A DNA stretch of 64,000 nucleotides from Streptomyces silvisoli (GCF_029269905.1 NZ_JARJBC010000022.1:31671-95670), one strand, 5' to 3'; shown: positions 35,403 to 45,869, numbered from the stretch's first letter. Notes: generated from the letters alone by a model not told the origin. Numbers and translations are program-made.

Positions 35403-37532
35403 CTACTCCCCCGCGTCCATGACGGCGTCGCCGCCCTTGATGTGGCGGGCGGGGTTGTAGCCCTGCTCCATCAGGTCCACCGCCCACGCCATTTCCTGAA
35501 CACCCTCCAGCTTCGCCATGCCCGGGCTGGCGCCAAGACGGAACGTACCCGGCAGGATGCGACCGTCCTCGGTGAGCGGCAGGAAGTCCAGCGGTGACGG
35601 GCCCGGGCTTGGGTAGACGACGCAGTCCGACAGCACCGCCAGCGGGTAACGCCCGGTCGCCTTCGCGACGTTGAGCATCTTGCGGTGCATGTTCACCCGT
35701 GCCTTGGCGATCACCGCGGCCCGAATGTCCGGCCGCCACGTCGGCCGCTCCAGTGCCGGCCATCGCTCACCGTCACGGTAGTGGCGGCCCTGAGGGCGCT
35801 CCCGGAGTTTCCCGATACCGCCCTTGACCGTCGACTTGATCGCTGACAACACGCACACCAGGCCCGGATCGGTCTGCTTGTGCTGCTCCATCGCCTCCAG
35901 GAAGGCGCGTTCACCGACATCGCCTCCCACAGGGACACCGAGGTCGCCCATCGTGGCCACGTAGGCGGCCCTGAGGCGGTCGTGCCACGGATCCAGGTAG
36001 GCACCCGTCTCGTACCGCAGGAACGCCTCGACGGGGGTCACCTCGTAGCCCAACTCCTGCGCGTAGGCGACAGTGTTGGTCTGGTACCAGGCAGGTCCCG
36101 AGGGGCGCTCGCCTGTGGAGGTGAAGGGGCTGGGCAGGCGTGGATCCAGCTCGACGTGGGAGAGGTCCACGTACCAGGAACCGGGGACCTTCTTGTCGAA
36201 AGAGGGGCGGTCAACGTGGACGGGTGATCCGAGCCCGACCGTCAACCGCGCCGCGGCAGCAAGGAACGCGGTGTTGATGTCGATACCCACCGCGAAGGGC
36301 AGCAGGCACTCCTGGTCACTGAGGAGGTCCACGTCGCGGACCCACTGGTAGGCCTCCTCGTCGAGGAACCCACCCGTCCAGCCCTGGGCGACCGGATGCT
36401 CGGCCGGGGCCTCCGGCGGCGCCGGGTCCACCACGGCAGTCAGCGCACCCGGGTTCGGCGCTGAGACCCACGCACCGGACGCGTCCTTCGCGGCACGCGT
36501 CGGCGGCCGCAACGCGGTCATCAACTCCAAACCGCACACCGCGGTCGAGCCGCGCGGGGTGATCACGCGAATGGCGAACTCGCCCAGTACCCTGGCGAGT
36601 TCAGCAGGGTGCAGGTCGGCCGCCTCACCCCAGGCCCTGGCGTCCAGCGCGTCCCACGACAAGATCGCCAGCTGCACGCACTGCCGCTCGCTGCCCTTGG
36701 CGGGACGATAGATCCTGGGCCACGGCCCGAACCCACGCTGCGTCAACTTCCACTTCGCACGCGCGATTTGTCTGACCACTGGGTGGTCCTCCGGCAGGCG
36801 CAGGCTACGGCGTGCCTCTGGGCCCTCCAGGCGCTCCGGCAGACCGAGCTTCACGGCCGCCGACGCGGTCAACACGACCAGCGGATCGGCGTCCTTGCCG
36901 TTGCGGTTCAGCCGCGCTGCGCCGATCCCGGAGTCCTGCAAAGTCCACTCGACCAACTGCGCAATCGTGGTCGCCGGGCAGTCCAGCACCACACCACCGG
37001 GGCAGTAGACCATGCCATCCCCGCCCAACACACCGAGCGGGCCATGGGGGAACCGCTGGTCGAGGGCCGGCTGCGCGACCTTCTTCGCAGCCGGGCGATG
37101 CGACGTGGACGCCTGCTTGGCGCTCACCACGCGCCTTGCGCCTGCCGAAGGAGGGCTCACCGCAGGGGGCGCCGGGGTGGTTTGTTGAGGGACGTCAGCC
37201 GGACGTCGTGGAGTGTTCGTGGTGGAGGTCCGCGGCACTGGCTCCGGCTCGGGCGGCGACGCCGGTGACGCGTCGGGGGTGGTGTTGGGGTACTTCGCGG
37301 CCCAGCCCTCCAACAGGCGCAGGTAGGCCTGGCGCCGTGGTGGTCTGGGTTCACTGCGGCCGGTGTCCCAGTTCTTCACGGTCTGGGTCGTTGTTTGCAG
37401 GACCTGGGCCAGACGCGCCTGCGTGACACCAGCGGCCTCCCGCAGCCGCTTTCGCTCCTCGGGTGGCGGGAGTTGCGGCTCACCCTCCAGTAGGGCGTCC
37501 ACGGCCGCGAACAGCTCTTCCTGGCTCGCCAT
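35403..37532 (-). CDS. tap: Telomere-associated protein Tap-like (709 aa, N-terminal HTH)
   Basis: N-terminus ELFAAVDALLEGEPQLPPPEERKRLREAAGVTQARLAQVLQTTTQTVKNWDTGRSEP is an XRE-type HTH. Large size, 4 bp upstream of the tpg-like gene. Confidence 0.5.
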   Translation of the reverse strand: MASQEELFAAVDALLEGEPQLPPPEERKRLREAAGVTQARLAQVLQTTTQTVKNWDTGRSEPRPPRRQAYLRLLEGWAAKYPNTTPDASPASPPEPEPVPRTSTTNTPRRPADVPQQTTPAPPAVSPPSAGARRVVSAKQASTSHRPAAKKVAQPALDQRFPHGPLGVLGGDGMVYCPGGVVLDCPATTIAQLVEWTLQDSGIGAARLNRNGKDADPLVVLTASAAVKLGLPERLEGPEARRSLRLPEDHPVVRQIARAKWKLTQRGFGPWPRIYRPAKGSERQCVQLAILSWDALDARAWGEAADLHPAELARVLGEFAIRVITPRGSTAVCGLELMTALRPPTRAAKDASGAWVSAPNPGALTAVVDPAPPEAPAEHPVAQGWTGGFLDEEAYQWVRDVDLLSDQECLLPFAVGIDINTAFLAAAARLTVGLGSPVHVDRPSFDKKVPGSWYVDLSHVELDPRLPSPFTSTGERPSGPAWYQTNTVAYAQELGYEVTPVEAFLRYETGAYLDPWHDRLRAAYVATMGDLGVPVGGDVGERAFLEAMEQHKQTDPGLVCVLSAIKSTVKGGIGKLRERPQGRHYRDGERWPALERPTWRPDIRAAVIAKARVNMHRKMLNVAKATGRYPLAVLSDCVVYPSPGPSPLDFLPLTEDGRILPGTFRLGASPGMAKLEGVQEMAWAVDLMEQGYNPARHIKGGDAVMDAGE

Positions 37533-38026
37533 GCTCCACCTCCGCCCCCCAACCTACCAGGAATTACCCTTCGATTTGCGGTGTCCTTAGCCTTGGATTT
37601 ACAAGCCTCGCTCGTGACGCCGCTCGATCGCTGGGGAGCGGGAACAACGCTGTGTTCCCGGCCCGGTGATCGACGCGTACGAGATGCCATAGGCGGCGCG
37701 GCGCTGGTGGAGGGCCGCTGGGCGGTCAGGCGTGGCTGGGTTGGCACTGGCCTCAGGTTAGGACAGCCAGCACGGGATCTGGCCGCACGAACCAGAACAG
37801 CTGGCGTCCACACGGGGCGAGGGCAGTTCGCGGTCCCGCGTCGCTGCTCAACTCCAGGTCAGCGCCTCAAGCTCCCAGCACCACGCGGTATTTCCCCAGC
37901 TCGAATCGCGGGGCCGAGTCCCATCCCCCGCTCCAGGACGCAGTGATCAAGGATACTCAAATGCCATTCGCATGAGGGAATCGGTGGAGTTGACGCCCCA
38001 TCAGGGGCAGTCGGAAGGCAGGAGCA

Positions 38027-39178
38027 GTGGCAGTGACGATGCGGTCGGTTCCGCTGGTGGGCGGTCCGGTGGAGATACGGGGTGCGCTGGACCTGGTGAC
38101 CACGCCGTGGGGGGTGATGCCGCGTCGTCTGCCCGCATGGACCAAGGACCAGCATCAGGACCCGACGGAGTACGGGGTGACCGTCATGCCCTCGGGCGTG
38201 CGACTTGTGTTCCGCACCGATGCGCGGGAAGTGGAGTTCGATGTCCTCACCACCACAGGGCAGTTGGACAGCGAGCCGCAGCCACAGCCGACCGGGACGC
38301 TGGAACTGCTGGTGGACGGCGCACCGGCCGGACGCCAACAGGCGCCGTTGGGCAACGTCCTGCGTATGGCAGGCCCCGGGGCCGAGCAGCTACTGATCCC
38401 GGGCGAACCCGCTACGGTGCGGTTCACGGGGCTGCCGACGGGCATGAAGAACGTCGAGTTGTGGCTGCCGCAGCAGACCCCCACGGAACTGGTGGCGCTG
38501 CGCGCCGACGGCGAGGTGCTGGCGCCACTGCCGGACAGCCGACGCCGGTGGGTGCACCACGGCAGTTCCATCAGCCACTGCCTCGGGGCCGACGGCCCGA
38601 CCGGCACCTGGCCGGTGGTGGCGGCGTCGCTCGGCGGTGTTGAGGTGATCAACCTCAGCCAGGCAGGCAATGCGATGCTGGACCCCTACGTCGCCCGAAC
38701 CATCCGCGACATGCCGGCCGACCTGATCAGCCTCAAGATCGGCATCAACATCGTCGGCCTGGCCGCCTTCCGGCGACGGACGTTCGGCCCGGCGGTCCAC
38801 GGCTTCCTCGACACCATCCGCGACGGGCATCCGCACACCCCACTGCTGGTGATATCCCCCCTGAGCTGCCCAGCCTTCGAGGACACCCCCGGCCCGGCCA
38901 CGACGGGCCCGAACGGTGAAGTTACAGCCCTCGGCGACCCGGCCGATGTGGCCCACGGGGCACTGTCACTGACGGTGGTTCGTGCGGAGCTCACCCGGAT
39001 CGTGACGGCCCGGCGGGCATCCGATCCCCACCTGCACTATCTGGACGGACGCGAGCTCCTCGGCCCTGACGAGGTGGACGACCTGGCCGACGGCCTACAC
39101 CCCACCGCGGCCGCATACCGTCGAATCGGCGAACGCTTCGCCGCCCACGCGTTCGCCAGCAACGGCCCCTTCCAGTGA
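38027..39178 (+). CDS. SGNH/GDSL-family hydrolase with N-terminal beta-sandwich domain
   Basis: WVHHGSSISHC (GDS(x)-like block I with catalytic Ser), ...DGLHPTAAAY (DxxH block V). Confidence 0.7.
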   Translation: MAVTMRSVPLVGGPVEIRGALDLVTTPWGVMPRRLPAWTKDQHQDPTEYGVTVMPSGVRLVFRTDAREVEFDVLTTTGQLDSEPQPQPTGTLELLVDGAPAGRQQAPLGNVLRMAGPGAEQLLIPGEPATVRFTGLPTGMKNVELWLPQQTPTELVALRADGEVLAPLPDSRRRWVHHGSSISHCLGADGPTGTWPVVAASLGGVEVINLSQAGNAMLDPYVARTIRDMPADLISLKIGINIVGLAAFRRRTFGPAVHGFLDTIRDGHPHTPLLVISPLSCPAFEDTPGPATTGPNGEVTALGDPADVAHGALSLTVVRAELTRIVTARRASDPHLHYLDGRELLGPDEVDDLADGLHPTAAAYRRIGERFAAHAFASNGPFQ

Positions 39179-39595
39179 ACGGCCGGGCTCTCGCACCCGA
39201 AGCCCCGGCGGAGCCAGATCCTCCGGTATCCGATGGCCCGTTGGCCCTCCTCGGGGGCTGGTCAGGGCACTCCCGGTCAGCCGCGCCGGCAGGAACATCA
39301 GCCCCGACGCGGCCAAGGTGCCAGCCATGGGAAGCGGGCTCGGGACCCGCCGTCATACGTGCCCCACTGCGCATGACGGCGGGGTGTTGTCCAAAGGGGC
39401 CGATTGGCGGGTTGGTTGTCACCCGCTCGATCAACCGATCGGGGGAGGGCGACCAGCCCCCCCCGAACTTAGAGTGAGCGTATCCGAGACTGAAAGGATG
39501 ATCGTGAATTCGGCCAAGCGTCGTGCCGCGACCCCTGCGGCGCTGATGGCCGTGGAAATGGCCTTACTTCCCCAGGCGTTGCGAACGCGGCCGCT

Positions 39596-39900
39596 ATGGC
39601 GTCAGGTGCGGAGCCCGTGAACGGCAGCACCGTAACACTGACCACCAACGACTCACGAGTCCGCCAGAGCTGGTGCACGGCTGGCCGCCGCAACGGCGCC
39701 CTGACCCTGGTGGAGACGTGGCGTCGCGGCCTCGCCACCGCGCGTGGCCACAGGGAGATCGTTGACGAAGGCCTGGACACGCTGCGCACCCTGCTCGCGC
39801 GCCCTGGGCGCGGTCCGCAGGAGACTTGCGAGAAGGTGCTCTCGGCGCTGTCGCTTTCCCAGCAGAGCGACGACACCGCCCTGCTCGTCGCCCGCACGCG
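39596..39900 (+). pseudogene. Remnant of a PP2C/SpoIIE-type phosphatase C-terminus
   Basis: ...ETCEKVLSALSLSQQSDDTALLVARTRRL resembles the conserved end of SpoIIE-family phosphatases (..DDvtllvar). No N-terminal part is present. Confidence 0.3.
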
Positions 39901-40077
39901 CCGCCTGCCGCCCGACCGGGTCGCCAAACCGCTGGGGAACCCGTTACACCGCGCAGGGCAAGGTCCTATGGGCCGAGCAGCGGTTGGTGTGAAGGCGGCC
40001 CCGACAGCGACGACACGTGCGCGTCGCCCCGGCCTACGACTTCCCGCGGGCGGAGCACCCCGCCGCTCCCGCTGAAG

Positions 40078-40974
40078 TCAGCCCCGTGTACGCCCTGTTG
40101 GGACGCTGCCGCGGGCCGTACTCTGGCCCGGCTCGGCGGGGTCGACGGCGAGGGAAGCCAGGAGGGCGAGGCGTTCGGCGCTCGGGGTGCCGGGCTCGGC
40201 GTGGTAGATGACCAGGATCTGGCGGTCGGCGTCGGGGATCGGCAGCTTCTCGTGGCGCAGCTCCAGGGGGCCGACCTGCGGATTCGTGATCGTACTGATG
40301 CCGCTGCGTTTGGGGCGGACGTCGTGCCGGGCCCACAGCCGTCGGAAGCGTTCGCTGCGCACGGACAGTTCCCCGACGAGTTCGACCAGCGCGGGGTCGT
40401 CGACATCAGGGCCGACGAGGGCGCGCAGGGCGGCGACCGAGCCCTCGGTGCTGGCCTCCCAGCGCCCATGGGCGGCGCCGGAGTCGGGGTCGAGGAAGAG
40501 AGCGCGGATCATGTTCGTGCCGGGCGTGAAAAGCGGGGAGAGGGCCTGGGCGAGCGGGTTGGCGGCCAGGACGTCCAAGAGGCGCCCTTGGACGAACGCG
40601 GGCGTGTGCGGCCAGGTCGTGATGAGCTGCCGTACGCCCTCCGGGACGTGTTCAGGACGGCGGGGGCGCGAACGGCGACGGGGGCGGTCCGGCACGGCGA
40701 GGCGGTGCAGGTGGGCGGTGGCGTCCTCGTCGAGGCGGAGGGCCCTGGCCAGGGCGTCGAGGACCTGGGCGGAGGGACGTCGATCGCGCCCCTGCTCCAA
40801 GCGCAGGTAGTAGTCGGCGCTGATCCCGGCCAGCAGGGCCAGCTCCTCCCGCCGCAGGCCGGGGACGCGGCGCCGCCCGGCCGCGGGCAGGCCCACGTCC
40901 TCCGGGCGGATCAGCTCACGGCGGGCCCGCAGGTAGTCGCCGAGCGGGGTGCCCGTCCCGTTGTCACTCACCAT
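40078..40974 (-). CDS. XRE-family HTH regulator with MmyB-like C-terminal ligand domain
   Basis: LGDYLRARRELIRPEDVGLPAAGRRRVPGLRREELALLAGISADYYLRLEQGRDRRPSAQVLDALARALRLDEDATAHL is the MmyB-family N-terminus. Start at Met32. Confidence 0.75.
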   Translation of the reverse strand: MVSDNGTGTPLGDYLRARRELIRPEDVGLPAAGRRRVPGLRREELALLAGISADYYLRLEQGRDRRPSAQVLDALARALRLDEDATAHLHRLAVPDRPRRRSRPRRPEHVPEGVRQLITTWPHTPAFVQGRLLDVLAANPLAQALSPLFTPGTNMIRALFLDPDSGAAHGRWEASTEGSVAALRALVGPDVDDPALVELVGELSVRSERFRRLWARHDVRPKRSGISTITNPQVGPLELRHEKLPIPDADRQILVIYHAEPGTPSAERLALLASLAVDPAEPGQSTARGSVPTGRTRG

Positions 40975-41076
40975 GCGCCCACCGTACGACCGCCGGGCGG
41001 TCGTGAGCCTGGTCCTGTCACTACCAGGACCAGCGGAGCTCTGGGTACCCCTCGGGCGCTGGCGCACCGTTGCCGT

Positions 41077-42027
41077 ATGACACTCATCAGGACACCTTTC
41101 GGACCCCGATCAACCGCTGCCGAGGTCGCCGCCGGTACTGACATGTCCGGGAAACGGGCGATCGTCACCGGCGCGTCCTCCGGGATCGGCGTGGAAACCG
41201 CCCGCGCGCTGGCCGCGACCGGGGCCGAGGTCACCCTCGCGGTACGCGATCTGGTCGCCGGTGCGGCGGTGGCCGCCGATATCACCGAGGCCACGGGCAA
41301 CAAGGAGGTTCGCGTAGCGCACCTGGAACTGGCCGACCAGTCGTCGGTCGCCGCCTTCGCCAGCGCCTGGGAGGGGCCGCTGCACGTACTGGTCAACAAC
41401 GCGGGCGTGATGGCGCTACCGGAGCTGCGGCTCACGCCCGAAGGCTGGGAGACCCAGTTCGCCGTCAACCACCTGGGGCACTTCGCCCTCGCAGTGGGCC
41501 TGCACAGGGCGCTGTCGGCGGCCGGGGGCGCCCGGGTCGTCTCGGTCAGCTCCTCCGGCCACCTGTTCTCGCCGGTCGTCTTCGACGACATCCACTTCGG
41601 CTTCCGTCCGTACGACCCGTGGCTGGCGTACGGCCAGTCCAAGACCGCCAACATCCTCTTCGCCGTCGGCGCGGCCGCACGCTGGGCCGACGACGGCATT
41701 GCAGTCAACGCCATCGCTCCCGGTTCCGTCCCGACGAACCTGGTCCGGCACCTGGGCAGGCCGTCCGGCGTCACCCTGGAGGACGGGCTGCGAAAGACAG
41801 TGGAGCAGGGCGCGGCCACCTCCGTCCTACTGGCCGTGTCGCACCTGCTGGAGGGCGTGAGCGGACGGTACTTCGCGGACTGCGCCGAGGCCCTGCCGGT
41901 CCCCCGGCGGCCATCCATGGCGCCGGTCACCGCCGAGTTCATGAACGGTGTGGCCGCCTACGCCCTCGACCCGGCGAACGCCGACCGGCTTTGGGAGGAG
42001 TCCGCACGTATGACCGGCATTTGCTGA
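41077..42027 (+). CDS. SDR-family (short-chain dehydrogenase/reductase) oxidoreductase
   Basis: GKRAIVTGASSGIGVETARAL (TGxxxGxG), NNAG, YGQSK (YxxxK) catalytic motif. Confidence 0.85.
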   Translation: MTLIRTPFGPRSTAAEVAAGTDMSGKRAIVTGASSGIGVETARALAATGAEVTLAVRDLVAGAAVAADITEATGNKEVRVAHLELADQSSVAAFASAWEGPLHVLVNNAGVMALPELRLTPEGWETQFAVNHLGHFALAVGLHRALSAAGGARVVSVSSSGHLFSPVVFDDIHFGFRPYDPWLAYGQSKTANILFAVGAAARWADDGIAVNAIAPGSVPTNLVRHLGRPSGVTLEDGLRKTVEQGAATSVLLAVSHLLEGVSGRYFADCAEALPVPRRPSMAPVTAEFMNGVAAYALDPANADRLWEESARMTGIC

Positions 42028-42206
42028 CGCTCCGTCAACTTACTTGCGGAGCACCCACGGAAGCGGTGGCCCGCCGAGGTGTCTCTCGGCGGGCCACGCG
42101 GCTGACCGCGCGCCTGGCGTTTCGTAACGGCCCAACTCCCAAAGCGCTCGCGGCCACCAGGTGCGTAGCGACGGCTCCCGTCGTCTGTGACGGGCCGCGC
42201 CGAAGG

Positions 42207-42833
42207 CTAGGCCTCCTTCGCCTGCCGGGGAACCCGCTCCAGCAAGCCGCGCAGGTCATCGGCGTGTTCTTCCTCCTGAGCCAGCAGTTCTTCGAAGACC
42301 CGTCGGGTTGTCGGGTCGCCAGTGCCAAGCCACTGGATGATCTCGGTGTACGAGGCCACGGCCACGCGTTCCGCCACCAGGTCCTCCCTGAGCATGTCGA
42401 CCAGATCCATGCTGGCGTCGTACTCGGCGTGAGAACGCTTGGTGAGCGTGTCCGGGTTGAAGTCGGGCTCGCCTCCGAGCTGCACGATGCGCTGCGCCAG
42501 CTTGTCCGCGTGCTGCTGCTCCTCGTTGGCGTGCTCCAGGAACTCCGCCGCCACCGGCTCCGCCAGCAGGCCGCTGGCGGTGTAGTAGTGCCGCTTGTAC
42601 CGCAGCGTACAAACGATCTCCGTGGCCAGCGCCTCGTTCAGCACACGCAGAACGCGCTCCAGGTCGGCTCCGTAGGCATCCGTCACGGGGCCCTTGTCGA
42701 TCTCCCTGCGAGCCCGCTCGCGGATGGTCTCGATGTCGGTGAGGAACTCGGCCACGGCCGCAACCGCCTTTCGCGTTACTGGACACGTCCCACTCAACGC
42801 CCGACGCGTCAAGGAAGACTTCTTGCGTCGCAC
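42207..42833 (-). CDS. Bacterioferritin-like ferritin-domain protein
   Basis: VLRVLNEALATEIVCTLRYKRHYYTA...AEFLEHANEEQQHADKLAQRIVQLGGEPDF shows the Bfr-type di-iron ligand spacing (E..H / E..H). True start uncertain (possibly internal GTG or ATG). Confidence 0.6.
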   Translation of the reverse strand: MRRKKSSLTRRALSGTCPVTRKAVAAVAEFLTDIETIRERARREIDKGPVTDAYGADLERVLRVLNEALATEIVCTLRYKRHYYTASGLLAEPVAAEFLEHANEEQQHADKLAQRIVQLGGEPDFNPDTLTKRSHAEYDASMDLVDMLREDLVAERVAVASYTEIIQWLGTGDPTTRRVFEELLAQEEEHADDLRGLLERVPRQAKEA

Positions 42834-42961
42834 GCTTACCCGCCGCGTGGCGGGACATGACCGCCTTCACCCGACGGCGTTGATGACGTGCGCACGTCCA
42901 TGGGGCTGCCGAGCGGAGCGGTGTCCGGTGTCGTCCCCCAGGCTGCGGGCAGGCGCCCCAC

Positions 42962-44569
42962 ATGGGACACACAAGCATCGAAAGGGAAACCAAGTTCGAG
43001 GAGGTCGTACCCTCCCGACTGGCCGATCTGGCGGACCGCCTCACCCGGCTTCCAGGCGTGGCGCGAGTGGCACCGGCACCGGCGGAGGAGTTCGACGCGG
43101 TCTACTACGACACAGCGGACCTCGCCCTGCTCTCGGCGGACTGCACGCTGTCGCGCAGGAGCGGCGGGGACGACGCCGGTTGGCAGCTGAAGGCGCCCGC
43201 GCCGGGTGGCGGCCACAGCGAGTTGAAGGCGCCCGTTGACTCCCACGGGTCGGACGAGCCGCCGGAGGAGCTGGCGCGCCACCTCCGGGCCCGGGTTCGG
43301 GGGCGCCTGCTGACACCCGTCGCCCATCTGCGCACACACCGTGCGCGGTGGTCGCTTCTGGACGAGGAGGACCGGGTGCTGGCCGAGGTGGCGAGGGATG
43401 ACATCGCCGCCCAGGTGCTCGGCGGTGAGCGGATCCGCGCAGCCCTCGCCGGGCTGATGCGACCGGACACCGCCGCCGCGGGCCGTGGAGCCGTCGCGCA
43501 GTTGACGAGTTGGTCCGAGGTCGCGGTCGAACTGCGCGAGGGTGCCCCGTCGCTGACGCCCGAGATCCGCAAGCGGCTGCGATCGGCCGGGCTCCGTACC
43601 GCCGCCCAGCCCTGCGAGCTCCGCCGCGCCCTGTCCGCGGCCGACCTGTCCCCCGGCACACGCGCAGCACGTACGGCACCTGGCTCGGCCGGGGAGGCGG
43701 TCATGACGCGGCTGTGCCAGCAGGTGGAGGTGCTGCTCGCCACGGACCCGGCCGTGCGTGCCGACGCGCCCGACGCGGTACACCGAATGCGAGTGGCTGT
43801 GCGTAGGCTGCGTGCCGTTCTCAAGTCACACCGGCGCCTGTTCAAGCCGGGGAGCACGCGAGCGCTTGAACGTGAACTGCGTTGGCTCGGCGCACAGTTG
43901 GGGCGAGCCAGGGATCACGAGGTGCTGGCCGGACTTCTGCGACGAGCCGCGGCGGACGTGGCGCGTGATCCGCGGATGCCGTCGGCGAACGGGCTGGCGG
44001 GCCGGATCGCGGGATACGAGGCCGCTGCGTACCGACGCGCCTGGCGGCAGGCCTGCGAGAAGCTGGACCGCGAGCGCTACTTCGCGCTGCTCGACGCACT
44101 GGAGAAGTGGCTGGCCGATCCCCCCTTCACGCGGAGGGCCGGAAAGAGCGCTCGGGGACAGCTGAAGAAGGCAGTCCGCCGCGACCACCGCAGGTTCGTC
44201 TCGCGTACCCGCAAGGCACTGTCCATGCCGGACGGGCCGGAACGCGAGAAGGCCCTGCACGGCGCTCGAAAGGCGGCGCGGCGGCTGCGCTACAGCGCGG
44301 AGACCGCCCGACCGGTGTTCGGCAAGTCCGCCAAGCGACTCGCCAAGCGGGCCAAGGCGGTTCAGAACGTGCTGGGCGCGTACCAGGACGCCGTCGTCGC
44401 CCGGGCCGCGCTGCCCGGCCTCGCCGATCAGGAGCACGGCGCGGGTCGCGGCACGTTCCTGTTCGGGGTGCTCCACTGCCATCAACTGCGCGAGGCGGAA
44501 AAGCAGTTGGCGCGGCTGCCCAAGCTGTGGCGCAGGGCCGCCAAGCCGAAGTCCCTTCGACTGCGGTGA
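42962..44569 (+). CDS. CYTH-domain plus CHAD-domain protein
   Basis: N-terminus IERETKFEV (ExExK triphosphate-tunnel motif) with an AVYYDTADLAL beta-barrel region. The C-terminal 300 aa is helical and Arg/Lys-rich (VHRMRVAVRRLRAVLKSHRRLF...HGARKAARRLRY), typical of CHAD. Confidence 0.8.
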   Translation: MGHTSIERETKFEEVVPSRLADLADRLTRLPGVARVAPAPAEEFDAVYYDTADLALLSADCTLSRRSGGDDAGWQLKAPAPGGGHSELKAPVDSHGSDEPPEELARHLRARVRGRLLTPVAHLRTHRARWSLLDEEDRVLAEVARDDIAAQVLGGERIRAALAGLMRPDTAAAGRGAVAQLTSWSEVAVELREGAPSLTPEIRKRLRSAGLRTAAQPCELRRALSAADLSPGTRAARTAPGSAGEAVMTRLCQQVEVLLATDPAVRADAPDAVHRMRVAVRRLRAVLKSHRRLFKPGSTRALERELRWLGAQLGRARDHEVLAGLLRRAAADVARDPRMPSANGLAGRIAGYEAAAYRRAWRQACEKLDRERYFALLDALEKWLADPPFTRRAGKSARGQLKKAVRRDHRRFVSRTRKALSMPDGPEREKALHGARKAARRLRYSAETARPVFGKSAKRLAKRAKAVQNVLGAYQDAVVARAALPGLADQEHGAGRGTFLFGVLHCHQLREAEKQLARLPKLWRRAAKPKSLRLR

Positions 44570-44677
44570 CGGCCGCGGGCGGCGGGAGACCGCCCACGGC
44601 GGTGGCGGAGGCACGGCCCTGGGCCTGGCAGGGTTCGCCCGACCAGGCCTGCTCCGCCAAGTGCCGTGCCGCTACCC

Positions 44678-44863
44678 CTAGCGGTGGGGGGTATGTCCGA
44701 ACATGGGAACAGCCAACTCCGCAACAAGCCATGCGAAAAACAGGGCGACGGCCACCACGAGAACCGCGGTCGTCACAGTGACAGGATGGCGGATAACAGG
44801 CCTCTTCACGGCTTCCTCCGTCCTTCGTCCGGGCCGGCGTTCATAGCCGATCTTGTGGCTCAC
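44678..44863 (-). CDS. Possible small membrane protein (61 aa)
   Basis: One TM (TAVLVVAVALFFAWLVAELAV); GC3 only moderate. Confidence 0.2.
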   Translation of the reverse strand: MSHKIGYERRPGRRTEEAVKRPVIRHPVTVTTAVLVVAVALFFAWLVAELAVPMFGHTPHR

Positions 44864-45263
44864 TCCTCCCCACGGAATCGCGGCCTATCCCTGTGAAGCC
44901 GCCAAAGGCGAACCCTGGCGGTCGGCGTTCCAAACGTCCGCCAAGGCAGCAGCGCCGCGACACGAGCCCATGCCAGCGAACAAAACCGCGCAGATTCGAT
45001 GGCAGGGCGATCAACAATCAGAGAAGGAATGACACCGAGACGGCCGCCAGTTCACACTTCCCGTCACATTGTGAATCCTCTGTGGATGACCGGCGGAGGG
45101 TTGGTACGACTACTGCCCTGACGCACGACATCGGTCACACGTGCTGCGCACTTACGTTCGCATACCAACGATCAAGGGCGGTGAGCGAGATCAGCGGGAC
45201 GATTCGCTGGCGCCACACCGAGGCATGCCGTCCTTCGGCTTCACCAGAGGCGGCTGACCAGAC

Positions 45264-45869
45264 ATGACACTGCTCGAAAGGCGCTCAGCGGACTTCGCAC
45301 CCTCCAGTGCTGTGGTGCCCCGCTCCACCACCTCGGCGAAGATCGTGGTGGCCGGTGGCTTCGGGGTGGGCAAGACCACGTTCGTCGGATCCGTCTCGGA
45401 GATCAGCCCGCTGCGCAGTGAGGCCGTGCTGACCTCCGCCTCGGCGGGGATCGACGACCTGACCCACGCGCCGGAGAAGACCACGACGACCGTGGCGATG
45501 GACTTCGGCCGCCTCACCCTCGACGACGACCTGGTGCTGTACCTGTTCGGTACGCCCGGCCAGGACCGCTTCTGGTTCATGTGGGACGACCTGATGCGCG
45601 GCGCGATCGGCGCGGTGGTCCTGGTGGACACCCGGCGGCTGGCCGACTGCTTCCCGGCCATCGACTACTTCGAGAACTCCGGACTGCCCTTCGTCATCGC
45701 GCTCAACGGGTTCGACGGCCACCAACCCTACGCCCCTGACGAGGTACGAGAGGCGCTGCAGATCAGCCACGAGGCACCCGTCATGAGCACCGACGCACGC
45801 CAGCGCCAGGAAGCCAAGAACACACTCATCGCCCTCATGGAACACGCCCTGCTCACCCGACTGCGCTAG
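45264..45869 (+). CDS. Ras-like small GTPase of the conservon CvnD / MglA-like class
   Basis: KIVVAGGFGVGKTTFVGSVSEI (P-loop), DFGRL...LYLFGTPGQDRF (switch II DxxGQ), LVDTRR, IALNGFD. Named from memory of the Streptomyces conservon CvnD family. Confidence 0.8.
   Translation: MTLLERRSADFAPSSAVVPRSTTSAKIVVAGGFGVGKTTFVGSVSEISPLRSEAVLTSASAGIDDLTHAPEKTTTTVAMDFGRLTLDDDLVLYLFGTPGQDRFWFMWDDLMRGAIGAVVLVDTRRLADCFPAIDYFENSGLPFVIALNGFDGHQPYAPDEVREALQISHEAPVMSTDARQRQEAKNTLIALMEHALLTRLR

Noticed and set aside
35711-36004. Small ORFs inside the tap-like gene
   Set aside because: Nested in a long, well-biased ORF with no independent signals.
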